A DNA stretch of 61,103 nucleotides from an uncultured Polyangiaceae bacterium (lineage in GTDB: Bacteria > Myxococcota_A > Polyangia > Polyangiales > Houyiibacteriaceae). Below are positions 47,675 through 56,576 of the stretch, in pieces. The stretch lies in NCBI GenBank assembly GCA_964195565.1, contig CAXMRN010000228.1:1-61103 (forward strand), in the 5' to 3' direction. The notes under the pieces were generated by a model. That model made no database searches, had not been told where the DNA came from, and saw nothing but the letters and a program-made list of their open reading frames with translations. The first letter of the stretch is position 1. Every line of letters begins with the position of its first letter. The translations under genes and the position numbers were made by a program.

Positions 47675-48478
47675 ATGAGCATACCACGTTCCCTACTCGC
47701 GTCAGATCTCGATGGCACGTTGATTCCGTTGGAACGTGGCGCGCAACATTTGCGTGGCGTCGCGGAGCTGGTCGCTGCGTTCGAAGCAAACGAGGAGCTC
47801 CTGCTTGCGTACGTGACGGGCCGCCATCTTGCGCTCGCGAAGGCTGGCATCGCAGCCATCGGCCTGCCTTCACCGGACTGGTTCATCTGCGACGTCGGTA
47901 CGAGCGCGTACCGACGGACAAACCGAGGCTTCGAGGCCGATATGGAGTATCGCCGAGCGATGCGGGACGCGCTTGGGGGGCTTGGCGGCGACGACGTTCG
48001 AGCCGCAGTTGGAACAATCGAGGGGCTCGAACTTCAAGAGGATGAGAAGCAGGCGGAGTTCAAGGTGAGCTATTACACCCGAGGCCGGCCGGAGCCGTTT
48101 GTCGACACTGTGCAGTCGCGGCTCGACGTTGCTGAGGCGAAAGTGAATCTCGTAGCGAGCCATGATCCCGTGTCCGGGCGCGGGCTGCTCGATGTCCTCC
48201 CCGCGGGTATCGCAAAGGATTACGCGATCCGATACCTCCAGGAGCATTCAGGCGTGGACGAGGCGCTTCTCGTGTACGCCGGAGACTCCGGAAACGACCG
48301 CGCCGCCCTACTCAGCGGGTATCAAGCCATCGTCGTGGGCAACGCAGACGAGGCACTCAAAGCCGAACTGGCCGCCGATGCCGCCGCACAGGGCATCGCA
48401 GACCGGGTCTACTTCTCCGAACATCCATACGCCCGCGGCGTCCTGGAAGGCCTTCGACACTTTGAAATGGTGAAGTAG
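47675..48478 (+). CDS. Sucrose-phosphate phosphatase-like HAD-IIB hydrolase
   Basis: LLASDLDGTL, YVTGRH, DVGT, KVSYY, LDVLP...K and GDSGND; adjacent to sps and sus. Confidence 0.88.
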   Translation: MSIPRSLLASDLDGTLIPLERGAQHLRGVAELVAAFEANEELLLAYVTGRHLALAKAGIAAIGLPSPDWFICDVGTSAYRRTNRGFEADMEYRRAMRDALGGLGGDDVRAAVGTIEGLELQEDEKQAEFKVSYYTRGRPEPFVDTVQSRLDVAEAKVNLVASHDPVSGRGLLDVLPAGIAKDYAIRYLQEHSGVDEALLVYAGDSGNDRAALLSGYQAIVVGNADEALKAELAADAAAQGIADRVYFSEHPYARGVLEGLRHFEMVK

Positions 48479-48490
48479 GGATCCGGGGCG

Positions 48491-48633
48491 GAGGCCGGGG
48501 CACGGGGGAACGCGACACGCGGATATGACGAACGGGGCGCCTTGCGTGGCCCACGCCCCCAGTTCTTCCGGCCACCTTTGCAAGGCGCCCCGTCCGCAGA
48601 AACCGCGTATGGCGTTTCGCTGTGCCCCGGCTC
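48491..48633. repeat. Long imperfect inverted repeat (about 140 nt) between convergent spp and polA
   Basis: Nested arms GCCGGGGCAC/GTGCCCCGGC, ACGCGG/CCGCGT, ACGGGGCGCCTTGC/GCAAGGCGCCCCGT and GTGGCC/GGCCAC. Confidence 0.85.
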
Positions 48634-48639
48634 TTGCGT

Positions 48640-51345
48640 CTAGTGTGCCGCGCCCCAGTTGGGGCCCCAGCCTATGTCGACGGGCAACGGTACCGATAGG
48701 GGTACTGCGTTTTGCATGTGGTCGACGACGAGCTTCTCGAGCGCTTGGCGTTCGTCGGGCGGTGATTCGAAGACGAGCTCGTCGTGCACTGTCAGTACCA
48801 TGCGGCTCTGCAGCTTCTGCTTCTCGAGGTCGTGTTGAATCTGGACCATGGCGACCTTCATGATATCCGCCGCTGTGCCTTGAATCGGGGTGTTGCGCGC
48901 GATGCGTTCGGCGGCGGCTCGGAGGTTGTGGTTCGTGCTTCGGATGTCGGCGAGCGAACGGCGTCGGCCCAGCAGAGTCGTGACTAGGCCATTGGCGCCG
49001 GCCTGTTCGACCACTTCGTCGAGGAACGCTTTGACGCCGGCGTACTGGTCGAAGAAGGCGTCGATGTAGCGTTTGGCTTCCTTGCGCTCGATCTTGAGGT
49101 TGCGAGCGAGAGCGAAACCGGTTTGTCCGTAGATGACCGCGAAATTCACCGTCTTGGCTTGGCCCCGCATGCTCTTGGTGACTTCCTCGGGCTGGACCCC
49201 GAAGAGCGCGCAGGCAGTCTGGACGTGGACGTCGTCTCCACGAGAGAAGGCGTCGACCAGGGCCGGGTCCCGGCTGAGGTGGGCGAGCACCCTGAGCTCG
49301 ATTTGCGAGTAGTCGGCTGCGAGCATCGACCAGCCCTCCGCCGGCACGAAGGCATCGCGCACCCGCCGGCCCATCTCGGTGCGGATCGGGATGTTCTGGA
49401 GGTTCGGGTCGCTCGAGGAGAGCCGTCCGGTGGCGGTGACGAGTTGGTTATAGCGGGTGTGGATCCGCCCGGTGTCGGGATTTATCTCTCGCGGTAAAGC
49501 GTCTAAATACGTGCTCTTGAGCTTGGAAACCGAGCGGTATTCGAGGATCGCCTGTGGGAGCGGGTGAAGCAGTGCGAGCTCTTCGAGAACCCCGTGGTCG
49601 GTCGAACGCGCGGTCTTGGTCTTCTTGACGACCGGCAGGTCGAGCTCGTCGAAGAGGATGGTCTCGAGTTGCCGCGGCGAGGACACATTGAACTCGTGGC
49701 CGGCGAGCTCGGTGCATAGTGTGCGGAGTCTTTCGAGCTCCGCCGTCGCCTCGACGGAGAGTTCCTCGAGGGGCTGTGTGGCGACCCTGATGCCGTTGAG
49801 CTCCATCGTGGCCAGGACGCCTGCGAGGGGAAGCTCGACGTCGTAGAACAAGCGTTCGAACTCCCCTTCGTGCATCCGTGGGGTCAGCAGTTCGCTCAAC
49901 CGAAAGGTGAAGTCCGCGCGCTCGTTGGCGAAGTCCGCGACGGGGCCGACCTCGACCTCGTCCCAGGTCAGCGCCTTCTTGCCCTTCCCGCGGACGAGCT
50001 CCTCTTCGCTCAAGTCGCCGTCCAGCTCGTGGCGCGCCACGTCCTGAAGCCGATGGGCATGCCGAGACGGGTCGAGCAGGTAGCTCGCGAGTGACGGGTC
50101 GAAACGAACCCCCCGCAGCGTCACGCCTCGCCGCGCCCAGAACACGGCCTCGCGTTTGGCCAGTGCAAGTTTGGGGATGAGTGAGTTCTCGAGGAGTGGG
50201 GTCAGGACGGGCCCGGCTTCTTCCCAGCTCAGATGGTCCGGTGCACCGATGTAGCGGTGATCGAGCGGAATGTACGCGCTGACGCCTTCCACCCAGCTTA
50301 CCGCCACCCCAACGAGTTCGGCGCGGATGGGATCGTCAATGTCCATCACGGAATACAACGAAAAGCCGTTGGTTTCGCGGATGGCTCGGGCGACTCGGGC
50401 CAGATCCTCGGCGGTCGTGATGGTTTCGTAGTGCCCCTCGACGACGGCTGCGGCCTCGTCCGGCGAAGCCGGTTCGAGTTGGGCGAGCAGGCGGGTGAGC
50501 TCGAGCTCACTGAAGATCGCCCGGAGGGCGCTGGTGCTGCCACCGGTGAACGGGCGGGTGACCGCAGCCGGATCGATCTCGACGTCAGTCCGAAGGGTCA
50601 CGAGCTCCCGGGAAGTGAGCGCGTCGTCGCGATGGTCAGTCAGCTTCGCCTTGAGCGCCTTGCGTGTGATGTTGTCGAGGTTCTCGTAGATGCCCTCGAA
50701 CGTCCCATACTCTTCCAGTAGCTTGGCGGCGGTCTTCTGCCCGACCGAGGGAACGCCGGGCACGTTGTCAGAGCTGTCGCCCATCAGCGCGAGCAGGTCA
50801 CGCACCTGCCCTGGGTCCACGCCGAGCTTCTCGCGCGTCTCCTCGGCGCCGAACACCTTGTTGCGCATGGTGTCGTACATGACGACATCCGGCCCGACGA
50901 GCTGGAGGAGATCCTTGTCGGCGCTCACGATCACGACCCGGAGCCCCTTGTCACGCGCCTGGCCCACCAGGGTGGCGATGATGTCGTCCGCCTCGAACCC
51001 GGGCGCCTCGATCGGCGACATGCCCCAGGCCTCGACCACCTCTCGGACGCGACTCATCTGCTGTTGCAGATCGGGCGGCGCGGGGGGGCGGTTCGCTTTG
51101 TAGGCTTCAAACAGCTCCTTGCGGAAGGACCGTTGCTTGGAGTCCATCGCCACGATGAGCCCGTGAGGCTCGTGCTCCCGCAACAACTTGTGCAACATGG
51201 CCGCGACCCCGGCCACGGCGTGGGTTGGCTCGCCTTTGCTGCTCGAAAGCGGTGGAAGCGCGTGATACGCACGGAACACGTAGGAGCTGATGTCGATCAC
51301 GTAGATCGTCTCGGGATCCCCCTTGTTGGGCAGCTTCTCCACCAT
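48640..51345 (-). CDS. polA: DNA polymerase I
   Basis: 5'-3' exonuclease (YKANR, EADDIIAT, GDSSDNVPGV) and polymerase motifs (TGRLSSSDPNLQNIP, DYSQIELR, K.VNF..IYG, VHDE). Confidence 0.98.
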   Translation of the reverse strand: MVEKLPNKGDPETIYVIDISSYVFRAYHALPPLSSSKGEPTHAVAGVAAMLHKLLREHEPHGLIVAMDSKQRSFRKELFEAYKANRPPAPPDLQQQMSRVREVVEAWGMSPIEAPGFEADDIIATLVGQARDKGLRVVIVSADKDLLQLVGPDVVMYDTMRNKVFGAEETREKLGVDPGQVRDLLALMGDSSDNVPGVPSVGQKTAAKLLEEYGTFEGIYENLDNITRKALKAKLTDHRDDALTSRELVTLRTDVEIDPAAVTRPFTGGSTSALRAIFSELELTRLLAQLEPASPDEAAAVVEGHYETITTAEDLARVARAIRETNGFSLYSVMDIDDPIRAELVGVAVSWVEGVSAYIPLDHRYIGAPDHLSWEEAGPVLTPLLENSLIPKLALAKREAVFWARRGVTLRGVRFDPSLASYLLDPSRHAHRLQDVARHELDGDLSEEELVRGKGKKALTWDEVEVGPVADFANERADFTFRLSELLTPRMHEGEFERLFYDVELPLAGVLATMELNGIRVATQPLEELSVEATAELERLRTLCTELAGHEFNVSSPRQLETILFDELDLPVVKKTKTARSTDHGVLEELALLHPLPQAILEYRSVSKLKSTYLDALPREINPDTGRIHTRYNQLVTATGRLSSSDPNLQNIPIRTEMGRRVRDAFVPAEGWSMLAADYSQIELRVLAHLSRDPALVDAFSRGDDVHVQTACALFGVQPEEVTKSMRGQAKTVNFAVIYGQTGFALARNLKIERKEAKRYIDAFFDQYAGVKAFLDEVVEQAGANGLVTTLLGRRRSLADIRSTNHNLRAAAERIARNTPIQGTAADIMKVAMVQIQHDLEKQKLQSRMVLTVHDELVFESPPDERQALEKLVVDHMQNAVPLSVPLPVDIGWGPNWGAAH

Positions 51346-51353
51346 GCGGGCGC

Positions 51354-51382
51354 ACCATCCAACGCCCGAAACCGACGGTCAA
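51354..51382 (-). promoter_or_regulatory. Putative leaderless promoter of polA, TTGACC-N17-GATGGT-N8-ATG
   Basis: 17-nt spacer; no SD before the ATG. Confidence 0.45.
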
Positions 51383-51458
51383 GGGGCGAAGCCCGGTTGC
51401 ATGGCGGCTTTGGCACATGCTACGCGCACGAGCCGCAGGACCCGGATCCCTACGCCGT

Positions 51459-53036
51459 ATGTTTGAGACGCTCACAAAGGGCTTTCGCAACGCCCGCAAT
51501 CGCCTCTCGGGAGTCACTGAGCTCACCGAAGAGAACATCGATCAGGCGCTCCGTGACGTACGCCTATCGTTGCTCGAAGCCGATGTGGAGTTCGGCGTCA
51601 CCAAGGCCTTCCTCGCTCGGGTGAAAGAAAAGGCGGTCGGCCAGGTCGTCGAAACCGCAACCAAGTCCAAGAAGCGCAAAGCGAAGATCGGGCCCGCTGA
51701 GCAGTTCGTGAAGATCTGTCAGGACGAGCTCGAGGCGATGATGTCGTTCGAGGGTGAGCCTGTCGACTTCGCCAAGGCGCCGAAGCCCACCGGCATCATG
51801 ATGGTCGGGCTTCAGGGCTCGGGTAAAACGACGACGTCTGCGAAGCTCGCCCGGCTCCTCGAAAACAACAACGCGCGGCGGCCTCTCCTGGTGGCGGCTG
51901 ACGTGGCGCGCCCCGGCGCCATCGAGCAGCTCCAAGTGCTTGGCGAGCAGATCAACGTGCCGGTGTTCTCGATTCCTGGCGGGTTGCCACTCGAGATCTG
52001 CAAGCGCGGGCTCGCGCATGCCAAGAAGCTCAAGTGCGACACGGTCATCTACGACACTGCGGGGCGCCTAGCGATCGACGAAGCGCTCATGAAGGAGCTC
52101 GCCGACATCCGTTCGTCGGTTGATCCACAAAACGTGTTTCTCGTGGTCGACGCCATGATCGGGCAAGACTCGGTGAAGACCGCCAAGTCTTTCGACGAGC
52201 TACTTGGGCTGAGCGGCGTAATCCTCACCAAGCTCGACGGCGACGCCCGTGGCGGAGCAGCGATTTCAATCAAGAACGTCACCGGGAAGGCGGTGAAGTT
52301 CGTCGGTACCGGCGAGACGCTCGACCAGCTCGAGGAGTTCCGCGCCGAGGGCATGGCGAGCCGCATCCTCGGGATGGGAGACGTCGTCGGCCTGATGAAG
52401 GACTTCGAGGATGTCGTCGACGAGGAGAAGGCCGAGCAGGACGCCAAGCGCATGCTCCGGGGCCATTTCACGCTCGATGATTTCCTCGAGCAGCTCCAGA
52501 TGCTTCAAAACATGGGGCCGCTCCAGGACCTGCTCGACAAGGTCCCCTTCTTTGCGGACAGCGTGCCGGACGGATTTCAGGTCGACGAGCGCGAGATCGG
52601 CCAGATCAAGGCCATCGTCAGCTCCATGACTCGTCAGGAACGCGCCAAGGCTGAGCTTTTCAAGAAGCAGCCGACGCGCCTCGCGCGCGTGGCCAAGGGC
52701 TCAGGCACCGCCGAGAAGCAGGTCGCAGAGATCCTTCAGCGCTTCACTTTCATGAAGCAGATGATGGGTAACATCGGTTCGCAGGCAGGCATGCTCTCGA
52801 AGATACCGGGCATGCAGCAGATGGCGGCCGCCAACCGCCTTCGCGATGCGGTGAAGACCGGCGGCCTCGAAGGCAACCCGATGATGGCCAACTTGACCGA
52901 CTCGCTGCTCCAAGCCGCAGTGGCCGAGCACGGGGGCGTCGGGCCAGGCCAGGCGCCGCGCAAGGTCATCAACAAGACCCAGAAGAAATCCAAGCGAAAG
53001 ATGCAGAAGAAGTCACGCCGCAAATCGCGACGATGA
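51459..53036 (+). CDS. ffh: Signal recognition particle protein
   Basis: MFETL start, LLEADV, GLQGSGKTT, DTAGR, TKLDGDARGG, RILGMGD and a Met-rich M domain. Confidence 0.97.
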   Translation: MFETLTKGFRNARNRLSGVTELTEENIDQALRDVRLSLLEADVEFGVTKAFLARVKEKAVGQVVETATKSKKRKAKIGPAEQFVKICQDELEAMMSFEGEPVDFAKAPKPTGIMMVGLQGSGKTTTSAKLARLLENNNARRPLLVAADVARPGAIEQLQVLGEQINVPVFSIPGGLPLEICKRGLAHAKKLKCDTVIYDTAGRLAIDEALMKELADIRSSVDPQNVFLVVDAMIGQDSVKTAKSFDELLGLSGVILTKLDGDARGGAAISIKNVTGKAVKFVGTGETLDQLEEFRAEGMASRILGMGDVVGLMKDFEDVVDEEKAEQDAKRMLRGHFTLDDFLEQLQMLQNMGPLQDLLDKVPFFADSVPDGFQVDEREIGQIKAIVSSMTRQERAKAELFKKQPTRLARVAKGSGTAEKQVAEILQRFTFMKQMMGNIGSQAGMLSKIPGMQQMAAANRLRDAVKTGGLEGNPMMANLTDSLLQAAVAEHGGVGPGQAPRKVINKTQKKSKRKMQKKSRRKSRR

Positions 53037-54478
53037 ACACGAGCACCATGGGCTTCACGCGCTTCGCCTCCTTGCTTCTCGTCGGTTGGGCCGCGGCGTG
53101 CACGAGCGACGTGGAACCGCTGACACCCGCCCAGCGGCAGGCGGTCGCCGCGTACGTATCGAAGGCAGCGCCCTCCCCGCAACACCGCCTCGACTTCGAC
53201 TTCGAGGGCAAGGCTACGCTGTTGGGGTACGATCTCGATCGCGCGGAGTGGCGACCCGGGGAGACCATCCGGGTCACGTGGTACTGGCATTCGGTCGAGC
53301 CGACCGGCGAAGGCTGGAAGCTCTTCACCCACATCGATGATGCCGACCACGGTCGCACGCTCAACCAGGACAGCAACGGCACCCTTCGCTGGCTGTACGG
53401 CCCCGACCGCTGGGACGCGGGGACTTACATCCGAGACTCTCAGGATCTGAATTTGCCCGAGGACTGGGCGGGACCCTCCGCGCAGGTCTACGTGGGTCTA
53501 TGGCGGGACGGAAGGCGCTTACGAGTGGCCGATGCCGTCTCCGACGAACAGGGCCGTACGCTCGCGGTGACCATCCCGACGCCCGGCGCGAAGGACGAGG
53601 GAGGTGGCGCGCAGGATGTCCCGAAACTCGCGCTCGTTCAGACGAAGCGCCCGCCGCGTCTCGACGGCTCGCTCGGCGATCCGGTGTGGAGCTTTGCCAA
53701 CACGACGCGGGTGTTCGTCGAAACCCGGAGAGGTGGGGTCGCGCCGGTACAGGCGTCCGCCAAGCTCCTGTGGGACGAGCGTTACCTCTACGTCGGGGTC
53801 GACGTAAACGACTCGCTACTTCGCGCGAGCCACACCGAACGCGACGACCACCTTTGGGAGCAAGATTGCGTCGAGCTGATGATCGACCCGGACGGCGACG
53901 CGAAGAACTACTTCGAGATTCAGGTTTCGCCTCGCGGCATGGTGTTCGACACGAGATACGATTCGAGGCGTGTCCCACAGCCTTTCGGCCACACCGATTG
54001 GGACAGCAAGATCCGTGTCGGGGTCTTGCCCCGTGGAAAGATCGACGACAGGGAGGCCGATGCTGGGTACGCCGTCGAGATCGCGATCCCGTGGCAGGCG
54101 TTCAGTCTTGATGGGAGGCCTGGGTCCCCGCCCGCCATCGGGGACGAATGGCGGGCCAATTTGTATGTCATGGACCTGACCGCGGACCGTCAGCAAGCGG
54201 CCGCTTGGTCATCTTTAGGCATTGGCGATTTCCATGTGCCGCGTCGATTCGGTATCCTTGCGTTCGAGGGGCCACCCGAGGAAATGGTGGGGACGAACGA
54301 GCCACTGGAGATCTCTGGGAACCGCATGCCGAAGCCGATGGTGCGCGGTCCGGCGCTCGAGCCCGGCGTGAAGGACACGATGATTAGAAACCGAGCGATC
54401 AATCGACGACACGCGGGTGAGCCCGCGCCCAAGCCACAGGGCGCGCCGTCTGCGCAACCCTCGGACTCGCCCCGCTAG
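53033..54478 (+). CDS. Lipoprotein with Ig-like and CBM9-like carbohydrate-binding domains
   Basis: Lipobox AAAC; LLGYD...W...F.H Ig-like domain; P.LDGSL, LLWD..YLY, DCVELMIDPDGD..NYFEIQVSP and EIAIPW. Confidence 0.8.
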   Translation: MNTSTMGFTRFASLLLVGWAAACTSDVEPLTPAQRQAVAAYVSKAAPSPQHRLDFDFEGKATLLGYDLDRAEWRPGETIRVTWYWHSVEPTGEGWKLFTHIDDADHGRTLNQDSNGTLRWLYGPDRWDAGTYIRDSQDLNLPEDWAGPSAQVYVGLWRDGRRLRVADAVSDEQGRTLAVTIPTPGAKDEGGGAQDVPKLALVQTKRPPRLDGSLGDPVWSFANTTRVFVETRRGGVAPVQASAKLLWDERYLYVGVDVNDSLLRASHTERDDHLWEQDCVELMIDPDGDAKNYFEIQVSPRGMVFDTRYDSRRVPQPFGHTDWDSKIRVGVLPRGKIDDREADAGYAVEIAIPWQAFSLDGRPGSPPAIGDEWRANLYVMDLTADRQQAAAWSSLGIGDFHVPRRFGILAFEGPPEEMVGTNEPLEISGNRMPKPMVRGPALEPGVKDTMIRNRAINRRHAGEPAPKPQGAPSAQPSDSPR

Positions 54479-54481
54479 ACG

Positions 54482-56158
54482 ATGCTTCGTACACGCCTCA
54501 TCGCTGGTCGCACCTCCGGGCTGATTCTGAGCGCCGTCTTCGCCTCGGTCATGACCCTCGCAAGCCAAGTCGAGGTGGTGCTCGAGCCGCTTCGTGTCGA
54601 CCCCGTGCGGCCGGCCCCCGTCACTCTGCGCATCCCGAGCAACTACTTGCCCAAGGAGGTCGTCCGAAGCCGCCGCGGGTTGCCACAGCCGCTGGTCGTC
54701 TCACGCGGTGAGGTGGTGAGCGACCCGGAGAGCCAACGCATCGTTCGCGCATTCGAACGCGAGCGACGTCCCCCAGACCAGGAGACGCTCCTCGGCGTCT
54801 GGATCAGCTACTTCCTCATCTCGTACATCTTCCTCGCGTACCTGAGACTCTTTACCGGCGGACGAGGCGGGCTGCTCCGCACCGAGGCGGGCCTGCTCGT
54901 ACTCGTAGGCGCCACCTGTGTCGCTGCGAAGCTCATGCTGCTGTTCACCGGGCTATCGCCATTCCTTCTGCCGCTGGCGACGGTGCCGTTGTGGGCGGCC
55001 CTGTACTTTGATCGCGGGACCGCGACAGCGTCGGGTCTCGTCATTTCGCTCGTCTGCGCATCGTTCCTTCACTTCTCGATGCCCGTGGTCGTCGTGTATT
55101 TAGCGACCACCCTCGGCGTCGTGATCTTCTTCCACGACCGCAAGCACGCGACACACATGCTCGTCGCAGGCACCGCTGCGGGGCTATTCGCGGCGTTGGT
55201 CTTGATCAGCGTCGCGATGTCGGTCGGGAGCGGAATCGACGTCATCGGCGACTTGGCGCGGCTCAACGAGTCGGCTTTGCTGTCGACTATCGCCGGCGGC
55301 ATGATCTCCGGCGTCGTCGCCGTGCTGCTGCAGCGGCTCGCCACCGCAGCCCTTGGCGTCGTCACCCGCGGCCGGTTGCAAGAGCTGACCGACGTGGACC
55401 ATCCGCTTCTTCGCAAGATGGCGCGAGACGCTCCGGGGTCGTGGCAACATGCTCGGGCGATGGCGAACCTGGCCGAAGGTGCCGCCGCGGCAATTGGAGC
55501 AGACGCGCTGCTGACCCGCGTCGGCGCCTACTACCACGACCTAGGGAAGACGATTCAACCGAAGTACTTCGTCGAGAACCTATCGCCGGGCGAGCCCACG
55601 CCGCACGCGGATCTCGAGCCCGACGTCAGTGCGGACGCGATCATGGCGCACGTCGTCGAAGGCGCGCGGATCCTTCGCGAGGGAGGCATTCCGGAGCCGG
55701 TGGTTGAGTTTGCTTACACGCACCACGGAACCAGCGTCATCGAGTATTTCTGGCACAAGTACCTGGAGGAGGGGAACCCGAAGGGGCTTTCGGACGCGGC
55801 CTTTCGCTACCCGGGAATGCGACCACGAACCAAGGAAACCGGGATCTTGATGCTCATCGATGCCATCGAGGCCGCTGCTCGCACCGTCGACGAGCCATCG
55901 CGTGAGAAGTTCGAAACGGTGGTTCAGCGCGTGACCAACATCAAGCTTCGCCAAGGCCAGCTAGACGTATGCGGCTTGACTATGGAGGACATTCGCGTGC
56001 TCCAGAGCACCCTGACGGACACCCTGTGCAACGCGTACCACAACCGTATCAAGTACCCCTGGCAGGACAAGAACGGCGGTGGCGACGCGCAGCTCCCGGC
56101 TCCCGGCGTGGCGACCGAGAAGGACGTGGCGCGAGAGCGAAGCCGTGAGTCGACCTAG
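54482..56158 (+). CDS. Multi-TM HD phosphohydrolase (7TM-HD/PgpH-like)
   Basis: Several TMs followed by HPLL, APGSWQH, YYHDLGK, YFVEN, HHGT, FRYPG and D.IEAA. Confidence 0.88.
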   Translation: MLRTRLIAGRTSGLILSAVFASVMTLASQVEVVLEPLRVDPVRPAPVTLRIPSNYLPKEVVRSRRGLPQPLVVSRGEVVSDPESQRIVRAFERERRPPDQETLLGVWISYFLISYIFLAYLRLFTGGRGGLLRTEAGLLVLVGATCVAAKLMLLFTGLSPFLLPLATVPLWAALYFDRGTATASGLVISLVCASFLHFSMPVVVVYLATTLGVVIFFHDRKHATHMLVAGTAAGLFAALVLISVAMSVGSGIDVIGDLARLNESALLSTIAGGMISGVVAVLLQRLATAALGVVTRGRLQELTDVDHPLLRKMARDAPGSWQHARAMANLAEGAAAAIGADALLTRVGAYYHDLGKTIQPKYFVENLSPGEPTPHADLEPDVSADAIMAHVVEGARILREGGIPEPVVEFAYTHHGTSVIEYFWHKYLEEGNPKGLSDAAFRYPGMRPRTKETGILMLIDAIEAAARTVDEPSREKFETVVQRVTNIKLRQGQLDVCGLTMEDIRVLQSTLTDTLCNAYHNRIKYPWQDKNGGGDAQLPAPGVATEKDVARERSREST

Positions 56159-56576
56159 GCACGCTTGGGTCGTTGCGGTCCTGTCTCTGCTCGGCGCATG
56201 CGAGCAGTTGGGCAACCCACCGCAGTACGCGACCGGTCCCACGGAGTGGAAGGACGAGCATGGGCACGTCGTCACGACGACACGTTCGTTTCGAAACGAG
56301 AAGACCATCCAGCGCCTGGTGGCCGAGGGGCTAGGTGACTTGGAGCATGCGGACGCGTCGATCGGGCCCTCCGAAACGCTCACCATCGTCTCGGTAGTGC
56401 CCCACAGGCTCCGCCGAGATCGGCGCGGCAAGCTCGAGCTCGTGACGATATTCAAGGTGCCCGATAGGGCCCCGATCGCGCGCCGCTGGTCGGTGCCCGC
56501 GTCGTCCAAGCATTGGCATGCGGCCTTCGCCCTGCCCGCGCCCCCTCAGGGCGCCGCTACGTCCGTGGTGCCATGA
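56145..56576 (+). CDS. Small lipoprotein
   Basis: GTG overlapping the upstream gene end; SRPRHAWVVAVLSLLGAC lipobox. Confidence 0.65.
   Translation: MSRPRHAWVVAVLSLLGACEQLGNPPQYATGPTEWKDEHGHVVTTTRSFRNEKTIQRLVAEGLGDLEHADASIGPSETLTIVSVVPHRLRRDRRGKLELVTIFKVPDRAPIARRWSVPASSKHWHAAFALPAPPQGAATSVVP

Noticed and set aside
48491-48633. SRP RNA or 6S RNA call for the long hairpin
   Set aside because: No SRP helix-8 consensus on either strand; shorter than typical 6S and not in its usual gene context. Kept only as an unexplained hairpin.
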